A stretch of DNA of 64,000 nt from Podarcis cretensis (lineage: Eukaryota): positions 98,518,001-98,582,000 of the forward strand of contig OX638154.1 in the NCBI GenBank assembly GCA_951804945.1, in the 5' to 3' direction. A model generated the notes under the pieces. It worked only from the letters and a program-made list of their open reading frames with translations. It made no database searches and was not told where the DNA came from. Position 1 is the stretch's first letter. Every line of letters starts with the position of its first letter. Positions 1 through 12,855 of this stretch are shown piece after piece. The position numbers were made by a program, and so were the translations under genes.

Positions 1-1521
1 GGTATGTGCAGCTGTTTTATGTGGAATGCACTGGCTTGACACCCTTTCTTCTTCATCCTAGATGTGAAGTTGCAGCCTTACCCAGAAGACATTCAACTTA
101 AAATAGTGGAAGAACCTGAATGTACATTCTGTGACATCTGTATATTCCATATAAGCTTTTGTTACAATAGATGTAGATTCTTCAGATGTTTTAGTCAGAA
201 TGAAAATGCTGAGCATGTGCATCCTCATACCTAACAGTTTATTCAAATAGATGGGAGAAACTGTTTAGGCAGCAGCAAGTTTTCAGTAAAGCTGCCATTT
301 TTGGATAGGAGTATCACAGCCACAACTGGCATTGGGGAAGTAATTGTTCAATGCTAATCTTGACTTGGATGTCTGTGGTGATTGTGGTTATACTTCTATT
401 GCTTTTTTAAAAAACTGCGCCATCTACCCTAGGAATTCATGAGAAGGCCAAGTTATAGGGGGTGGGGGAGTTGTAATAATGGCCCCCTTATTATTATTGT
501 TACAATAATCAAGCCATTTGGTGGGCTGAAGATCTCACCTCTTTGACAATGGTTAAAGATACACATTCAATCTTGTTTGGTCGTAGGGTGGCTTATAAAC
601 ATTTGTTTGGGGAGGGGGCGGTTTCTATATTGTAAGCTGCCCTGTATTCCTTGGATGAAGGGTGGTATATACATATAATCAATAAAGGATTTAATCCAAC
701 CTCAGAATTGCATCGGCTTCTTTTTAACAGGTGTATAAACATGGGTAGGGTTGCTGAATAGCAATGAGATTCCATTTCTTGATGGCAAACCATACATAGA
801 GAAGTTTGCTATGTTGCATGGGGATGGACTAGATGACCCTTGTGCTTTTCTCAAGGTTAATTCTGTCACATTTCCCCCTCTTGTATTAGACCTCTTCTGA
901 GGTTTTTTTTAGTGCACAGATGAAGGAAAGCCCTGTTTAGTGTTAATATTCTCATAATGTCTCCTTTCCCACTCACCCGATTTTGGTTAATTGGCATCCT
1001 TCAAAGAATATGCTTAATTGTTTATTGAACAATCTGGCTTTCGTTTGATATAATAATAAATTTTATTTATACACAGCCAAAGCCGGGCTCAGGGCGGCTA
1101 ACACCAATAAAATCACAGTAAAAACATAATAGGGGGAAGGGGGGGGGCGGACCAATTTAAAATACAGGTTTAAATGCAGCCTCGTTTTAAAATAGCTGAT
1201 AAATCAAGACCATAAGGGGAGGGGAACATAAGGGTTGGACTGAGTCCAAACCCTGGCCCTAGTTGAGACCAATCTAACCACCTTGCGACCTGGGACCTAC
1301 AAAATGTCATTTGTGGACCTTAAGGTCCTCCGTGGGGCATACCAGGAGACATGGTCCCGTAGGTACGAGGGTCCTAGGCCACATAGGGCTTTAAAGGTCA
1401 AAACCAGCACCTTAAACCTGACCCTGTACTCCACTGGGAGCCAGTGCAGCTGGTAAAGCTCTGGATGAATGTGATCCCTCTGCAAGCCTGGAGATGACTG
1501 CATGGATTACTGGCCAGATCA

Positions 1522-1609
1522 AAACAAAAAATTCCTTCCAGTAGCACCTTAAAGACCAACTAAGTTAGTTCTAGGTATGAGCTTTCGTGTGCATGCACAC
1601 TTCTTCAGA
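1522..1609 (-). mobile_element. 88-bp Penelope-like element terminal fragment
   Basis: Flanked by the direct repeat TGGCCAGATCA (1511-1521 and 1610-1620). Contains a minimal hammerhead core. Confidence 0.7.
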
Positions 1610-1610
1610 T
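1575..1610 (-). ncRNA. Minimal type I hammerhead ribozyme motif, 5'-truncated
   Basis: Minus strand reads AU-CUGAAGA-A-GUGUGCAUGCACAC-GAAA-GCUC-AUAC: catalytic core, palindromic stem II and self-complementary AGCU stem III. Confidence 0.65.
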
Positions 1611-2449
1611 GGCCAGATCAGGGTGAGAAAGGAAGGGACTAACTGCTTAATAAGGCAGAGATGGAAAAATGCCACTTTTGCTGTGGCTGCAACCTGCGCC
1701 TCCATGGAAAGGGAGGTGTAGAAGGTTACACACTCTTGACAGAAGGTGCTGGCACTAACTGAGCCCTCGCAAGAGATGGGAGTTGGCCCCCCAACCCCAT
1801 GTCGTCCTGACCCAGCCAGAAGACCTCTGTCTTCAAAGGATTTAACTTCAACTGGCTCCCACGCAGCCATCCAGCCACAGGTTCTGGTCAGTGTGTCCGG
1901 GGCCGAGTCAGGGTGGCTGTCCATCAACAGATAAAGCTGAGTGTCGTCAGCATATTGATGACAACCCAGCCCAAAGCTCCAGATAATTTGGGCAAGGGGG
2001 CGCATAAAGATATTAAAAAGCATCAGGGAAAGGATTGCGTCCTGCGGGACTCCACACACCAAGGAGTGCCGTGGCGACAACTCCCTCCCTAGCGCCACCC
2101 TCTGTCCCCGACCTGAGATAAAGGAGCACAGCCATTGTCTGATTGCCCTGGATCCCCACATCGGCAAGGCAGTGGTCCAAAAATTCATGAACAACCATGT
2201 TGAAGGTTGCTGACAGAACAGATCTAAGAGAATCAGCAGTCCCAACCCGCCTCAATCCAGCTGTCTATGGAGATCATCTGTTAGGGCGACCAAAGCCGTC
2301 TCGGTCCCATAACCAGGGCGAAAGCCGGACTGAAATGGGTCCAGAGCCGATGGGTCCAGAGCTGTTCAGCAACCACTCACTCAAATTACCTTACCCAGGT
2401 ACGGAAGATTCAAAACCGGGCGGTAATTAGATAGATCTAAAGGATCTAC

Positions 2450-2814
2450 GGGACGCAGGTGGCGCTGTGGGTTAAAGCCTCAGCGCCTAGGGCTTGCCGA
2501 TCGAAAGGTCGGCGGTCCGAATCCCTGCGGCGGGGTGCGCTCCCGCTGCTTGGTCCCAGCGCCTGCCAACCTAGCAGTTCGAAAGCACCTCCAGGTGCAA
2601 GTAGATAAATAGGGACCGCTTACCAGCGGGAAGGTAAACGGCGTTTCCGTGTGCGGCTCTGGCTCTGGCCAGAGCAGCGATGTCACGCTGGCCACGTGAC
2701 CCGGAAGTGTCTCCGGACAGCGCTGGCCCCTGGCCTCTTAAGTGAGATGGGCGCACAACCCCAGAGTCTGTCAAGACTGGCCCGTACGGGCAGGGGTACC
2801 TTTACCTTTACCTT
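2450..2814 (+). mobile_element. Sauria-type SINE, full length
   Basis: tRNA-like head GGGACGCAGGTGGCGCTGTGG, (ACCTTT)n tail, TSD TAAAGGATCTAC at 2438-2449 and 2815-2826. Confidence 0.92.
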
Positions 2815-3693
2815 TAAAGGATCTACAGGTTTTTTCTTTAAGAGCAGACACACCACTGCTTACTTCAACTCCCCTGGGAAAGTCCACGTGCCAAGGGACG
2901 GGCACAGGTCAAGGGGGCAAGTGGTGGGCCTTCCAGCTCGGAGACATCTGTCTACATTGGCAGGGGGTATCCGATTGAAGTGGTCCAATACTGGACCTGA
3001 GGACAGTCGAGGAGCCTCCAATTCTGTTACCAAATTGGAAGGGAGGTCACAGCGGAGCAGCAAGACTTTCTCCGCAAAAAAGCTTGCAAATGCCTCACAC
3101 CTGTGGGTCAAATTCGTATTTAAATTTGGCTGTTCCTCTAGAGTTGTAATGACCTAATTATTCTAAAAAGTTGCGCTGGGTGAGAGCTAGCAGTTTATTA
3201 CGGTTTATTATGTTCTGATGCCCTACTTACACCCCCCCCCCCATTGTCATGCTACGGAAGCAGCTGAGCCTGCCTCACATTATTTTGAGGATAAAAGGAG
3301 AGTACTCATGTATGGCACCTTGAGGTGGGATCTAAAGGTAATTAGAAAAATAGCTTCCTAAACACTTCTGAGAGCTCCAAAATCTGAATCATACAACTAG
3401 TTTTTACTGCGTTTTACAAAATAGTACAAAAACTTGCAATAAAAATTGAATTATAGCCTGTGCTTACAAACAATTCTTCACTTGCCTCAAGTCACTGATT
3501 TTTTAAAAACCTCATGCACCCATAGTCACTAGTGCCTGATTTCTCCAGCAGACATGCTCAAAGGGATCTGCTATAGTGTGAAGCGCTCCATTTTCCCATC
3601 AAAAGTAAGTACCGGAGACCATCTTAACAGTTCCAAAAATCCAATGGGTTCACTACTGGATGTTTTACTCTTCATTTCTGTCATGTACAGTAG

Positions 3694-3881
3694 TCAGTTA
3701 CTTTTCACTTTCACTTCTGGCATGGGCTCTGCAATCTTGACATGGTATGGTTCAAGCTCTTCTGGGGCAATGTAATCTGGAGAATTGCACATCAGGTCTC
3801 TTCCCTTGAACGATTTGGGGAAGGCAATGACATCTCGGATACTTGCAGCTCCTACTAGAAGGCAAATCAGCCTGTCAAGTC
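3694..3881 (-). CDS. DARS2: DARS2 exon 17, last coding exon ([23 protein letters not shown]...stop)
   Basis: GLDR of motif 3, TGA at 3694-3696. The spliced CDS sums to 1956 nt, an intact frame. Confidence 0.95.
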
Positions 3882-4101
3882 CTAAAAGACAGACACTGAA
3901 TGTTAGTGGCAGCATCAAATTTCAATGGGCATTGGGAAGATTAGTCTGGCTGTGAGGCCATTCTTCCATAGCACCAAAACCTTTCCATGACCAATATATA
4001 TTGTGCAGGCAAACAATAATGCTAAATAAAATGACTCGAGTATAATAATGTTTGATTTTGTCACCAGATGTGTGGCCTCTAACAAGCAGCACATTTGGAA
4101 C

Positions 4102-4202
4102 TACAGTGGTGCCCCGCAAGACGAATGCCTCGCAAGACGGAAAACCCGCTAGATGAAGAGACTCGCGGAACGGATTCTTTTCATCTTACGAGGCACCACT
4201 GT
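4102..4202. mobile_element. Tc1/mariner-type MITE, internally deleted copy of 22903-23350
   Basis: TA-CAGTGGTGCCCCG...CGAGGCACCACTG termini. Confidence 0.8.
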
Positions 4203-4833
4203 GTTTGTTTCAAGCTCTGCTTCTAGCAACAAAACAGACTGGAAGTGTGGATGAACATATGTAGATCTTGTGTTCATTGTTCTTGGTGTGAGGGCTTTCC
4301 CATCCAGGATGGCTGTTGGCTGCAGTTCTATTCAGGAGATTCAGAAAGTGGTTTTGCTTGCACTTGGGAGTCTAACTAGCAAACATATTTGAGGTGCAGA
4401 TTAAATGACTGAGGGCTTTTGCAGCAATGTGGTGATCTAGAGCACTTGGATTATGTGCAAATTTTCCTAAGGTGTAGAATCTGCAATCAGACTTTTTAAA
4501 AGAGTACCTTGTATGTATAATACATTTTTTTTTGCGTTAAAACAACATGCTTTTCTGAACTGACTTTGACAAGGGTGAAGTTAGTGCACACACACACACA
4601 CACGTGCCCAGGTAATAAAATAGCCCACAGCGAAATCAGATTGCCACAAATGCTGCTCATCCAAACGTGCTTTTCTTACAGACTGCAACTGGGGCATGGT
4701 GGAAGGCTAGATTAATTCAGGAACTGTTAGTTTAGTCACTCTAGCATCAGGGTATGTGTAATGTATCAATGGAAAGTAATATTAGTGTTGATGGTCAGTG
4801 TTAATTGTGATTCAAGTAAAAGCAGATACTGAC

Positions 4834-4909
4834 CTAATGCTATTCCTCCATGGGGAGGTGCGCCACTGTCCAGTGCTTCAAGCAGGTGAGAAAGCAGCTC
4901 TGTGTCCTC
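4834..4909 (-). CDS. DARS2: DARS2 exon 16 ([25 protein letters not shown])
   Basis: 76 nt, GAPPHGG begins motif 3. Confidence 0.96.
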
Positions 4910-5273
4910 CTAGAAAAAAACAAGTATTAATAACCAGCATGACTTAAAGGGCCAGACTTGGTAAACCTGCTTTCTAATTCCTGCTCCCCCGCCCCCACTT
5001 CCGTGAGCATGTGTGGCTCAGCTCAGATTTTCTCAGTCTAAGTGTGAAACACAGGGAATTCACTTGTGAGCTGCAATCTGCATAGTCCTCTTCTCCCTCT
5101 TCTGATGAAGCAGGCTGCTGCCGAACAAGAACAATTGTGCAACAACTAAGCATGCAGACTAGCTGGTTGATACCATCATATATTGGTTGAAACTCGCTGT
5201 GAAATCCAATAGGATGAGGAGCAGTGTATGATTGAATGTTTTAAATAATATGCAGAATCACTTTTGCTATTAC

Positions 5274-5384
5274 CTTCAGCACTGTCTCAAGAATGAAACG
5301 CTGCAGCTTTGCGCTGTGTATTCGAATGGAGCCACCTCCAATCTCATTACCATTAAGCACCAGATCATAGTGCTGGCCGCGGAC
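5274..5384 (-). CDS. DARS2: DARS2 exon 15 ([23 protein letters not shown]...)
   Basis: 111 nt, carries YDLVLNG.EIGGGS.RIH. Confidence 0.96.
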
Positions 5385-5610
5385 CTGGAAAGAACAGAAA
5401 GAGAATTAGACTATATACTTCTCTTTGTACCCTTTGCATCTGTGTGAAATACAATCTCTCCTGAGAGTGCTATTGAACTAGGTGGAAATTTGCTTAGAGA
5501 CAGGGTAGATAGAAATTGGGGGTCCAAAGACCCAAGTAACTGGTAATTCCACAGTATCACACACTTCTACATTTCCCCAGTTCTACCACTGCTGCTACAT
5601 TTCTAGACTA

Positions 5611-5969
5611 GGTAAAAGGTAAAGGTACCCCTGCCCGTACGGGCCAGTCTTGACAGACTCTAGGGTTGTGCGCTCATCTCACTCTATAGGCCGGGAGCCA
5701 GCACTGTCCGCAGACGCTTCTGGGTCACGTGGCCAGTGTGACAAGCTGCATCTGGCGAGCCAGCGTAGCACACGGAACACGCCGTTTACCTTCCCGCTGG
5801 TAAGCGGTCCCTATTTATCTGCTTGCACCCGGGGGTGCTTTCGAACTGCTAGGTTGGTAGGCGCTGGGACTGAACGATGGGAGCGCACCCCGCCGCGGGG
5901 ATTCGAACCGCCGACCATGCGATCGGCAAGTCCTAGGCGCTGAGGTTTTACCCACAGCGCCACCCGCGT
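5611..5969 (-). mobile_element. Sauria-type SINE in DARS2 intron 14
   Basis: Reverse-complement homology to 2450-2814, with a GGTAAA tail. Confidence 0.9.
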
Positions 5970-6780
5970 ACCACTGCTCAAAACACAAGGTTTATGAAAA
6001 CAAACATCTATTAAAAACCAATTTTTAAATTGTAAAGCATTATCCAGCAAAAGTTAAAAACCAGTGAATTACAACAGACCACTGCAATTAATGGGTTGAA
6101 AGCGCAGGTCATTAAAATAAATCCTATAAATCATCAGTGCATGATGCCACCTCTATTTTCCTTCAACTGTAAGGCTGACACATCTCTGGTTTCCTTGTAT
6201 CTCTCCATGCTTCTCAGGAAGCACCTGAGTTTTCCATTTACACACCTCTCAACAGTAGTGTTCTTGCTCCTATCTTGTAGGTAGATTCCAAAAGGTGGTG
6301 CTGGCAAGGATTACTATTTGGCTTCTTGGGTGTTAGGCTTACAAATTCCTATGCTGCACACTATGTAACCAATACAGGAAACTGCTTGGTAAGATCTTCT
6401 GGAGATTTGGGGGTGAAAGCTCACCATAGTGCAATGAAGTTCCTGAGTGCCTGGATGGAATCAATAAATCCAGGTAAGACAGAATTATTTAGGGATTCAG
6501 GAAGTTATGGATCCACCTGTCCGAGTTGGTGACGTATCTCATTGAAAGAAAAATGGGCTGGAATGTACCAACGGCAAAAGTAAAACCAACTTAATGTTAG
6601 CTATTGAAAACTAGCTGCAATAAAAATGCTTTGAACTATGGTGAATACTAGCTCCATCAGAGACAGAAATCTGCTCAAGGGAGTGGAACAATCCTCCAAG
6701 GCTGCTTTGCCTTTCCTTTTCTAACCCTGCATGGCTTCTTTGAATACACTAAACAAAAACCAAAAAAGGCACCAAGTCAC

Positions 6781-6999
6781 CTTGGCAGGATCTGTATAGA
6801 GGAGGTGCTCATCAGAGGGGTGGGGGGCAGTGAAGGGATGGTGAGCTGACTCCAACTGCCTGGGGTTTTCTTCTTTCCGGAGGAAAAGGGGGAAATCCAC
6901 CACCCATAGGAAATGAAAGGCAGAGGGGTTGCGAAGAGACAGGCCTCTTGCTTCCAGAAGATCAGCAGCCTCCAAGCGCAACTTTCCCAATGTAGAACA
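6781..6999 (-). CDS. DARS2: DARS2 exon 14 (CSTLGKLRL...[10 protein letters not shown]...HHPFTAP)
   Basis: 219 nt, carries the WV.DFP and HHPFT motifs. Confidence 0.96.
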
Positions 7000-8173
7000 C
7001 TAAAAAGAACCGGGGACGGGGGGACGGGACAGAGAGATAAAGACTAGCTTAAGGCGACAACAATCATATTCTACACTTTATTTTATTTAGTGAATAACAG
7101 AGGCAGATAAAATTTAGTGGATTACATTCTTCACTTAAGACTTCTTGGATTAAACTTACATTTCTTCAAACATCAAAAAAGGTAGAAAACACTTTCTAAT
7201 ATAAAACAGCTGCTATTTAGCCATCTTGCATCCAAGTTATCTGACAATGAGTTTGTACTTCCTACTTTAAAAATTCTCAAAACTGCATTACATTGATATA
7301 TAACACATGGTCTCTGTTTTATAAGGAGTGCCTCAGCTATAAAGCCATCCTTTGGCTCTATGAGAGAAATGGGAAACATTCTGACCTCGCAGATGATCTG
7401 GGGGAATTAGTCAAGGTTTTAAAAGTCTTACAGCAGAGTAGGAATAAGGAACTTTCCACTCATCAGTCTAAACACAGCTGGAGAGCTGTTAAGGTTGTGG
7501 AAGTCATCATATATGGTACTTAGGCTATGTTCAGCTTTGAGGAATTTAAATATTTTATATCCTGCCTTTCCATTCCAAGGTGTCTAACACGCTTCTAACA
7601 ATAATGTGTTTTAACATACTAATGGAAAACTGCACATGAAACAGATTTACAAAAGGGGAGTGGGAAAACCTGAAACTGGTTATGCAATAGGTACATCAGA
7701 ACTGAACAGCCTTTGTTTGCTGTCTAAACACCACCAAGGAGGTGGGCCTGCCAAATCTTCTGCTGATCTGAAACAGCTGATCAAGCAGAAAACTTGACAG
7801 TAATTATGCTGATGAGAACAATAAAAGACTTGGGGACCCAATATTCTCCTTACCACCATCATAATAAACTTTATTGCACTAGCCAAAGGCTATGGCATCA
7901 TTCACAATGGGAACAAAAAGAAAAGCAACAATAAGCATAAAAACCATAAAAACATTAGGCACTGCAGATACAATAAACCACGATCACTTCTCCTAAAAAT
8001 TATTTGTTGCATACGATAGAATAGCAGGGGGTTCTCATATAGAATGTGCCAGCTTAAATGTCCGAATCACCTTTGCAATTGACCGCTATTTTATCTAGTT
8101 CTTTTCTCCTGATCTTAGCTGCCAAGGCATATAGGGCTACTTTATAAGTTACAAAGTCAAATATTCTGTTTAC

Positions 8174-8326
8174 CACTTTCTCATGCTCTCCAGCTGCCAG
8201 CAACACGACGTCATCCACATTGGCCTGAACTGCTCTGACAAGCTCCAGTTTTTGTTCTTCATTCAGGAACTTACCAAGTGCGGACTTCATGCTGCCATCA
8301 GACCTCAAAATGAAGTGCAATATTCC
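8174..8326 (-). CDS. DARS2: DARS2 exon 13 (GILHFILRSDGSMKS...AAGEHEKV)
   Basis: 153 nt, part of the GAD insertion domain. Confidence 0.93.
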
Positions 8327-9240
8327 CTGTTCAGGAGAGAAGGGCAGAAGGGAAACTTAGGCAGTTCCTGAAAAAGCAAGTAGATACAATTAGGCCAAAT
8401 CCATGTCAGCAATGAACACAACTGACAAAGGTTTAATAAAAAAAAAAAAAAAAACCCAATTTTATATAGCCATCATTTGCTTGCGGGCTTTCTGCAAAAG
8501 AATGACCATATTCCTGAAAGCACGGAAAGGAGGCAAGGTAGGGAGCAAACTGAAGAAGAGGAGACACAAATGGTAATCATAATTCTAAAGCAGTTACCAT
8601 TGTGGTGTGGAAAGGCCTGGCACAGCTCAATCCAACTCCCCAGAATACTTCAAACCCCAAGTGTTACCTGATAAATTTCAGATACTCTATTTCCCATGAG
8701 CAAAGACACAGGAAAATAGCTCTGAAATCCTGCTACACAACTCCACACTCAGCTATGCAGCTCCTTATGCACCTCAGGTGCACGTTCTTGTTCTGGGGTT
8801 GGTGGCCAAGATGCATGGTCTAATAATGTTTGAATATTTTTATTTAATGCAAAGACTGCAAACACTAGCAAATGCCTTTCTGGATCAGATTTGGGTGCAG
8901 CATTTTATCTCCAACCAACTACTTCTTGCAGAGCAGAGCATGATGGCGATACTCATTCCACATTCCTCATCCCCAGCATCCAGGGATCAAAATCATCAAA
9001 TATGATCACTTATGGCTAGTAGTCCTGGGACAGACCTGTCCTCAGAGCTAATATTGATCTTGTTCTCACTTAATTTTGATCTTGTTCTCACATATTGTTT
9101 GCATTCAACTCTCTTATCTTCTCTTTTCAAATTAACACCAGCGGATGAACAATCAATTCATGGGAAATTCCTCCTGCTCCAGCTTCACTGAAAGGAATGA
9201 GAGCTGAGCAACATCACATCTCATGCAGTTTAGAAGAAAT

Positions 9241-9490
9241 TAGTGTCCTACCTCGGGTTAACTATGCTTCAGGTTGAGCACTTTCGGGTTGCGCTCCGCA
9301 GTGACCCGGAAATAAGGGAACGTGTTACTTCCAGGTTTCGCCGCTTGCGCATGCGCATACTGTCAAAATGACGTCACGCACATGCGCGGAAGTGACGAAT
9401 CGTGCCCCATGCATGCGCGGGTTACGTTCACTTCAGGATGCGAATGGGGATCCGGAACGGATCCCGTTCGTATCCAGAGGTACCACTGTA
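9241..9490. mobile_element. Tc1/mariner-type MITE
   Basis: Right TIR GAGGTACCACTG-TA, degenerate left TIR. Confidence 0.7.
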
Positions 9491-9520
9491 CTGATGGAAG
9501 TGGAAGTTTCTGTGCCTTAC

Positions 9521-9583
9521 CTGGTTAAACTGGGATTTTGCCAATTCATTTAATGACTCCAAATCTTTATTCCGAAGATGTTT
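9521..9583 (-). CDS. DARS2: DARS2 exon 12 (KHLRNKDLESLNELAKSQFNQ)
   Basis: 63 nt, AG/GTAAG bounded, in frame. Confidence 0.9.
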
Positions 9584-11231
9584 CTAAATAAAAGATAACA
9601 ACAGAGAAGAACAGATCATTCAATTAAGCCTATATACTCTGAAGGCATTATTATTACCTTTATCTGTTTTTTCCTAAAATTATGCTGAGTGGTGGTGGTT
9701 AATGCTCCATATTTTATTAAACTTTTTCACATTGTGTTTTAAAACTCCCCATGTTACACTTTTACAAGGAATCAATTACCTTATAAAAGCAATATGCAGA
9801 ATACAAAGCAAGATAGCTGAACGAAAACTAAAAGAGAACAACAACAAAATGTAAGGAAAGTAAACTTGTAATGAATATAGTAATTTCTGGCAAAGAAAAC
9901 TTTGGCAATTCTTAGGTACAATAAAAGCACAGCCACGACAGTGCAAAAATTTTATTTAATGTGTGCAGGTTTAATGAATAACCTCTCTCGGATACCATCA
10001 ACATGAGAGAAAAAAGGCAAGTATTTGAAAGTCCTCTATTTGCCTGAGCTCCTGCAAATTTAAACTGTTAAGAAAGTTTCTCCATTATTGGAAGAACTGC
10101 GGTGTTCAACCTCCCCACTATATGAAAGTGTAACAACAGTGACACAGCCAAGTGACACACACCAAATTCCAAGGGCTCCCAAGTAGACCACTAGATACCT
10201 ACCTTGCCCTGACATAACATAGGGCCACAGGTTCTCCCCTGGTGTAGGACTTGAATTACTGAGACCTCAGTTCAGCCATCAGGTGGCTCTGGGTTAATTA
10301 CCATTAGTCTACTGGACAGCATAGTCTACGTCTTTGGTTTGTTATGAGTATAACATCATATAGACCATGTAAATCATTACTGTAGATATACTTTAAAAAA
10401 AACCCCAACTACATTGTAAACAACCTTGAGCACTCCCATTAGAATGTGGGGTATAAATAGGCTCAACAAACAACAATACATATGCACTATCCTGAGCTTC
10501 TTGGAGGAAGGTTTGGATAAAGATAGGATAATTCCACACCCTCTTTTTCCATAAGTAAAGACTTGTGATTGATACGACCGTAGGGGGGGCACGCGCCATA
10601 AATCGCTGAACAAATAGTAAACCCGCAAGCGTTAACTCCATCTTTCCTTCTTGAAATCGTGTGCGAATAAAGGACAGAGCGAGGGGCCAGGGCCGAATGC
10701 TCCTTTCCCCCCGCGGAGGAAAACGAGCCCGCGATCGACCGCTATCAACCGGGGATCGACCTGTCGATCATGGTCAACCGGTTGGACATCCCTGGTATAC
10801 GCCATAAAGCAATTAACAAGAAAACACTGCAATCATATTATTTTATGTCCATAAAAATGTTTAAGAACAATATATCTCTCATCATGGATATTTTAAATAG
10901 TGTTTTGTGTTCTGTTCACTTTTTATTCAGTCTTTGGTTATAATAAATATAATCATAATCATAATCATAATTTTATTTCTACCCCGCCCATCCAGCTGGG
11001 TTTCCCCAGCCACTCTGGGTTGCTTATAATATATCTAAAACATAATAAAAACATCAATCCTTAAGAACTTCCCTAAACAGGGCTGCCTTCAGATGTCTTC
11101 GAAAAGTCAGATAGTTGGTTCTACTGTTACTGATCTCTGCACAGGGGAAGAGTCAAGAACCCTTTTGTATGGATGGTATATAAGGAGCAACATTACAAAC
11201 AACATTTGGAAAAGAGAGCAGAACTACTCAC

Positions 11232-11339
11232 CGCTCCCTGCGGAATGCAAATGGCTCTGACGGTGCCCCGGGGCTCACTGAGAGATTTCTGCAGAACTCC
11301 AACTTCTGTGTTCCTGAACACATCAGTGACATCAATGAT
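11232..11339 (-). CDS. DARS2: DARS2 exon 11 ([13 protein letters not shown]...IPQGA)
   Basis: 108 nt, AG/GT bounded, in frame. Confidence 0.93.
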
Positions 11340-12229
11340 CTGAGCATTAGAAGTAAGAAGTTGGAGGGTTGTTAAGGCAGCACATGACACATAAGCAAGA
11401 CAGCCTGCTGAACCACCGCCTTCAAGCACTGCAGAAACAAGCAACCAGCAGGGATGTTGGTGGGTGCGTACACACACTTTGGCCACCAAGAGCTTCTCAT
11501 TTCTCCACCCCCATGACAACTGCATGCAAGTTGTCAATTTTTGCACAAGCCACAACATTAGTAAAAGTCTTTGTAATCTTTCTAGAGCTACTCTTAGCTG
11601 CCCCCCTCCACACCCATTCACAGTGAATCGCAACAGAAGTTTTGGAATAATTCTTCCTAACATGACTCAAGTTCTAACCATGTTAGTCTGTTGCAGCAAG
11701 ACACCAAAGAAGTACTTGCAGGGGGGGTAGATAGCGGCCTATGCCTAAACTGCCCCCCAAAACAAGTTTAGCCAAATAATGGTCTCCCACCTGGCCACAC
11801 TGTTGATTTGAACACTGCTGCAAAAATTGTCTTCTGGCCCTTTAAAGACAACAATTTTTTATTGAGGTGCTACATTTTCGTGGGCCACAGTTCAATGATG
11901 CACCTGACCAAGTTGACCTTGGGATACTGTAGGAACTAAAAAGATGATTTGCTTTTATGTGGCTCAGATGCTCACTCTTGTTGTGCTTTCCGTCCACATA
12001 CAGAAACAATGATCATTTAATACAATTTTGAAAAGGCATTTGCACTTGTTGCTTAGAGCAGGTTTACCACCAACTGAGGAAAGCAGTAGGCTACAGCCAG
12101 TGTATCTTTCCTTACAGTTACATAAAGCTATATAGTAAAGGATGGTTAAGAAATTTGATTAAAACATACGTAACTATCATACCCGACTCTGTAAACTTTC
12201 CTGAACAGGACTTAGTTTCCAGAACACAC

Positions 12230-12409
12230 CTTCATTTCAAAGCGAGTGTCTGGCTTATCGCTCCCATAGGTGGCCAGAGCATCATCATAGGTAATGGATG
12301 GAAACGGTATTGTGATGGGTCTCTTCTCCTCAGGCCAGGAATACTGCAGCAAGCCTTCAATTAAAGCCTGAATCCCAGCTTGGTCTGCAAATGACATCTC
12401 AATATCAAT
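12230..12409 (-). CDS. DARS2: DARS2 exon 10 ([10 protein letters not shown]...[13 protein letters not shown])
   Basis: 180 nt, AAG acceptor and GT donor, carries the YG.DKPD.RF motif. Confidence 0.95.
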
Positions 12410-12559
12410 CTTGAGGGAGGGGGAATTAAAAAGAAAAAAAGGGGGGAATAAGTAACATTCAAAGGCACCATAAGAACTTTATTTTTCCATATCTAAAACT
12501 CTTACAAAATAAATATTTATAATTGAAACAAGAGAAGTATCATGGAAGCTAAATTCTGG

Positions 12560-12855
12560 AAAAGATACAGGTGTTTGAATCCAGGCTCAGTGGCCAGGTG
12601 TGCCTTTTTTCAGCTCTGGCTAGCTCACTGGTTACAGCCCCTTTGGGCAGGGGGACGGGGGACGGGACTGACCACTGCACTCCATGCTCTGGTAACTTCT
12701 AGACTGGATTATTGCAATGTGCTCTATGTGGTGCTGTGCCTAAAGATTACTCAGAAACTTCAACACGACCAAAGTGCAGCAGCCAGATTATTGGTTCAGA
12801 ATTCATACCATCTGTTTTAAAACAATTGCACCGGTTGCCAGTTCATTTCCAGGCA
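12560..12855 (+). mobile_element. L2-clade LINE fragment
   Basis: ALVTSRLDYCNVLY....KLQ..QSAAARL remnant. Confidence 0.75.

Larger units (their letters stand above)
1050..3160 (-). mobile_element. Decayed L2-clade LINE ORF2 fragment with two nested inserts
   Basis: GVPQ.AILS..LFNIFM, YADDTQLY and LHWLPVEYRVRFKVLVLTFKAL.GLGPSYL motifs, broken by frameshifts. Confidence 0.85.

Noticed and set aside
2480-2774. Recurring ~70-aa ORFs (also at 5650 and 27439)
   Set aside because: They are translations of Sauria SINE copies, not a gene family.
5100-5130. Hammerhead-like CTGATGAAG...CCGAAC
   Set aside because: It lacks the GAAA and the stem III/NUH elements.
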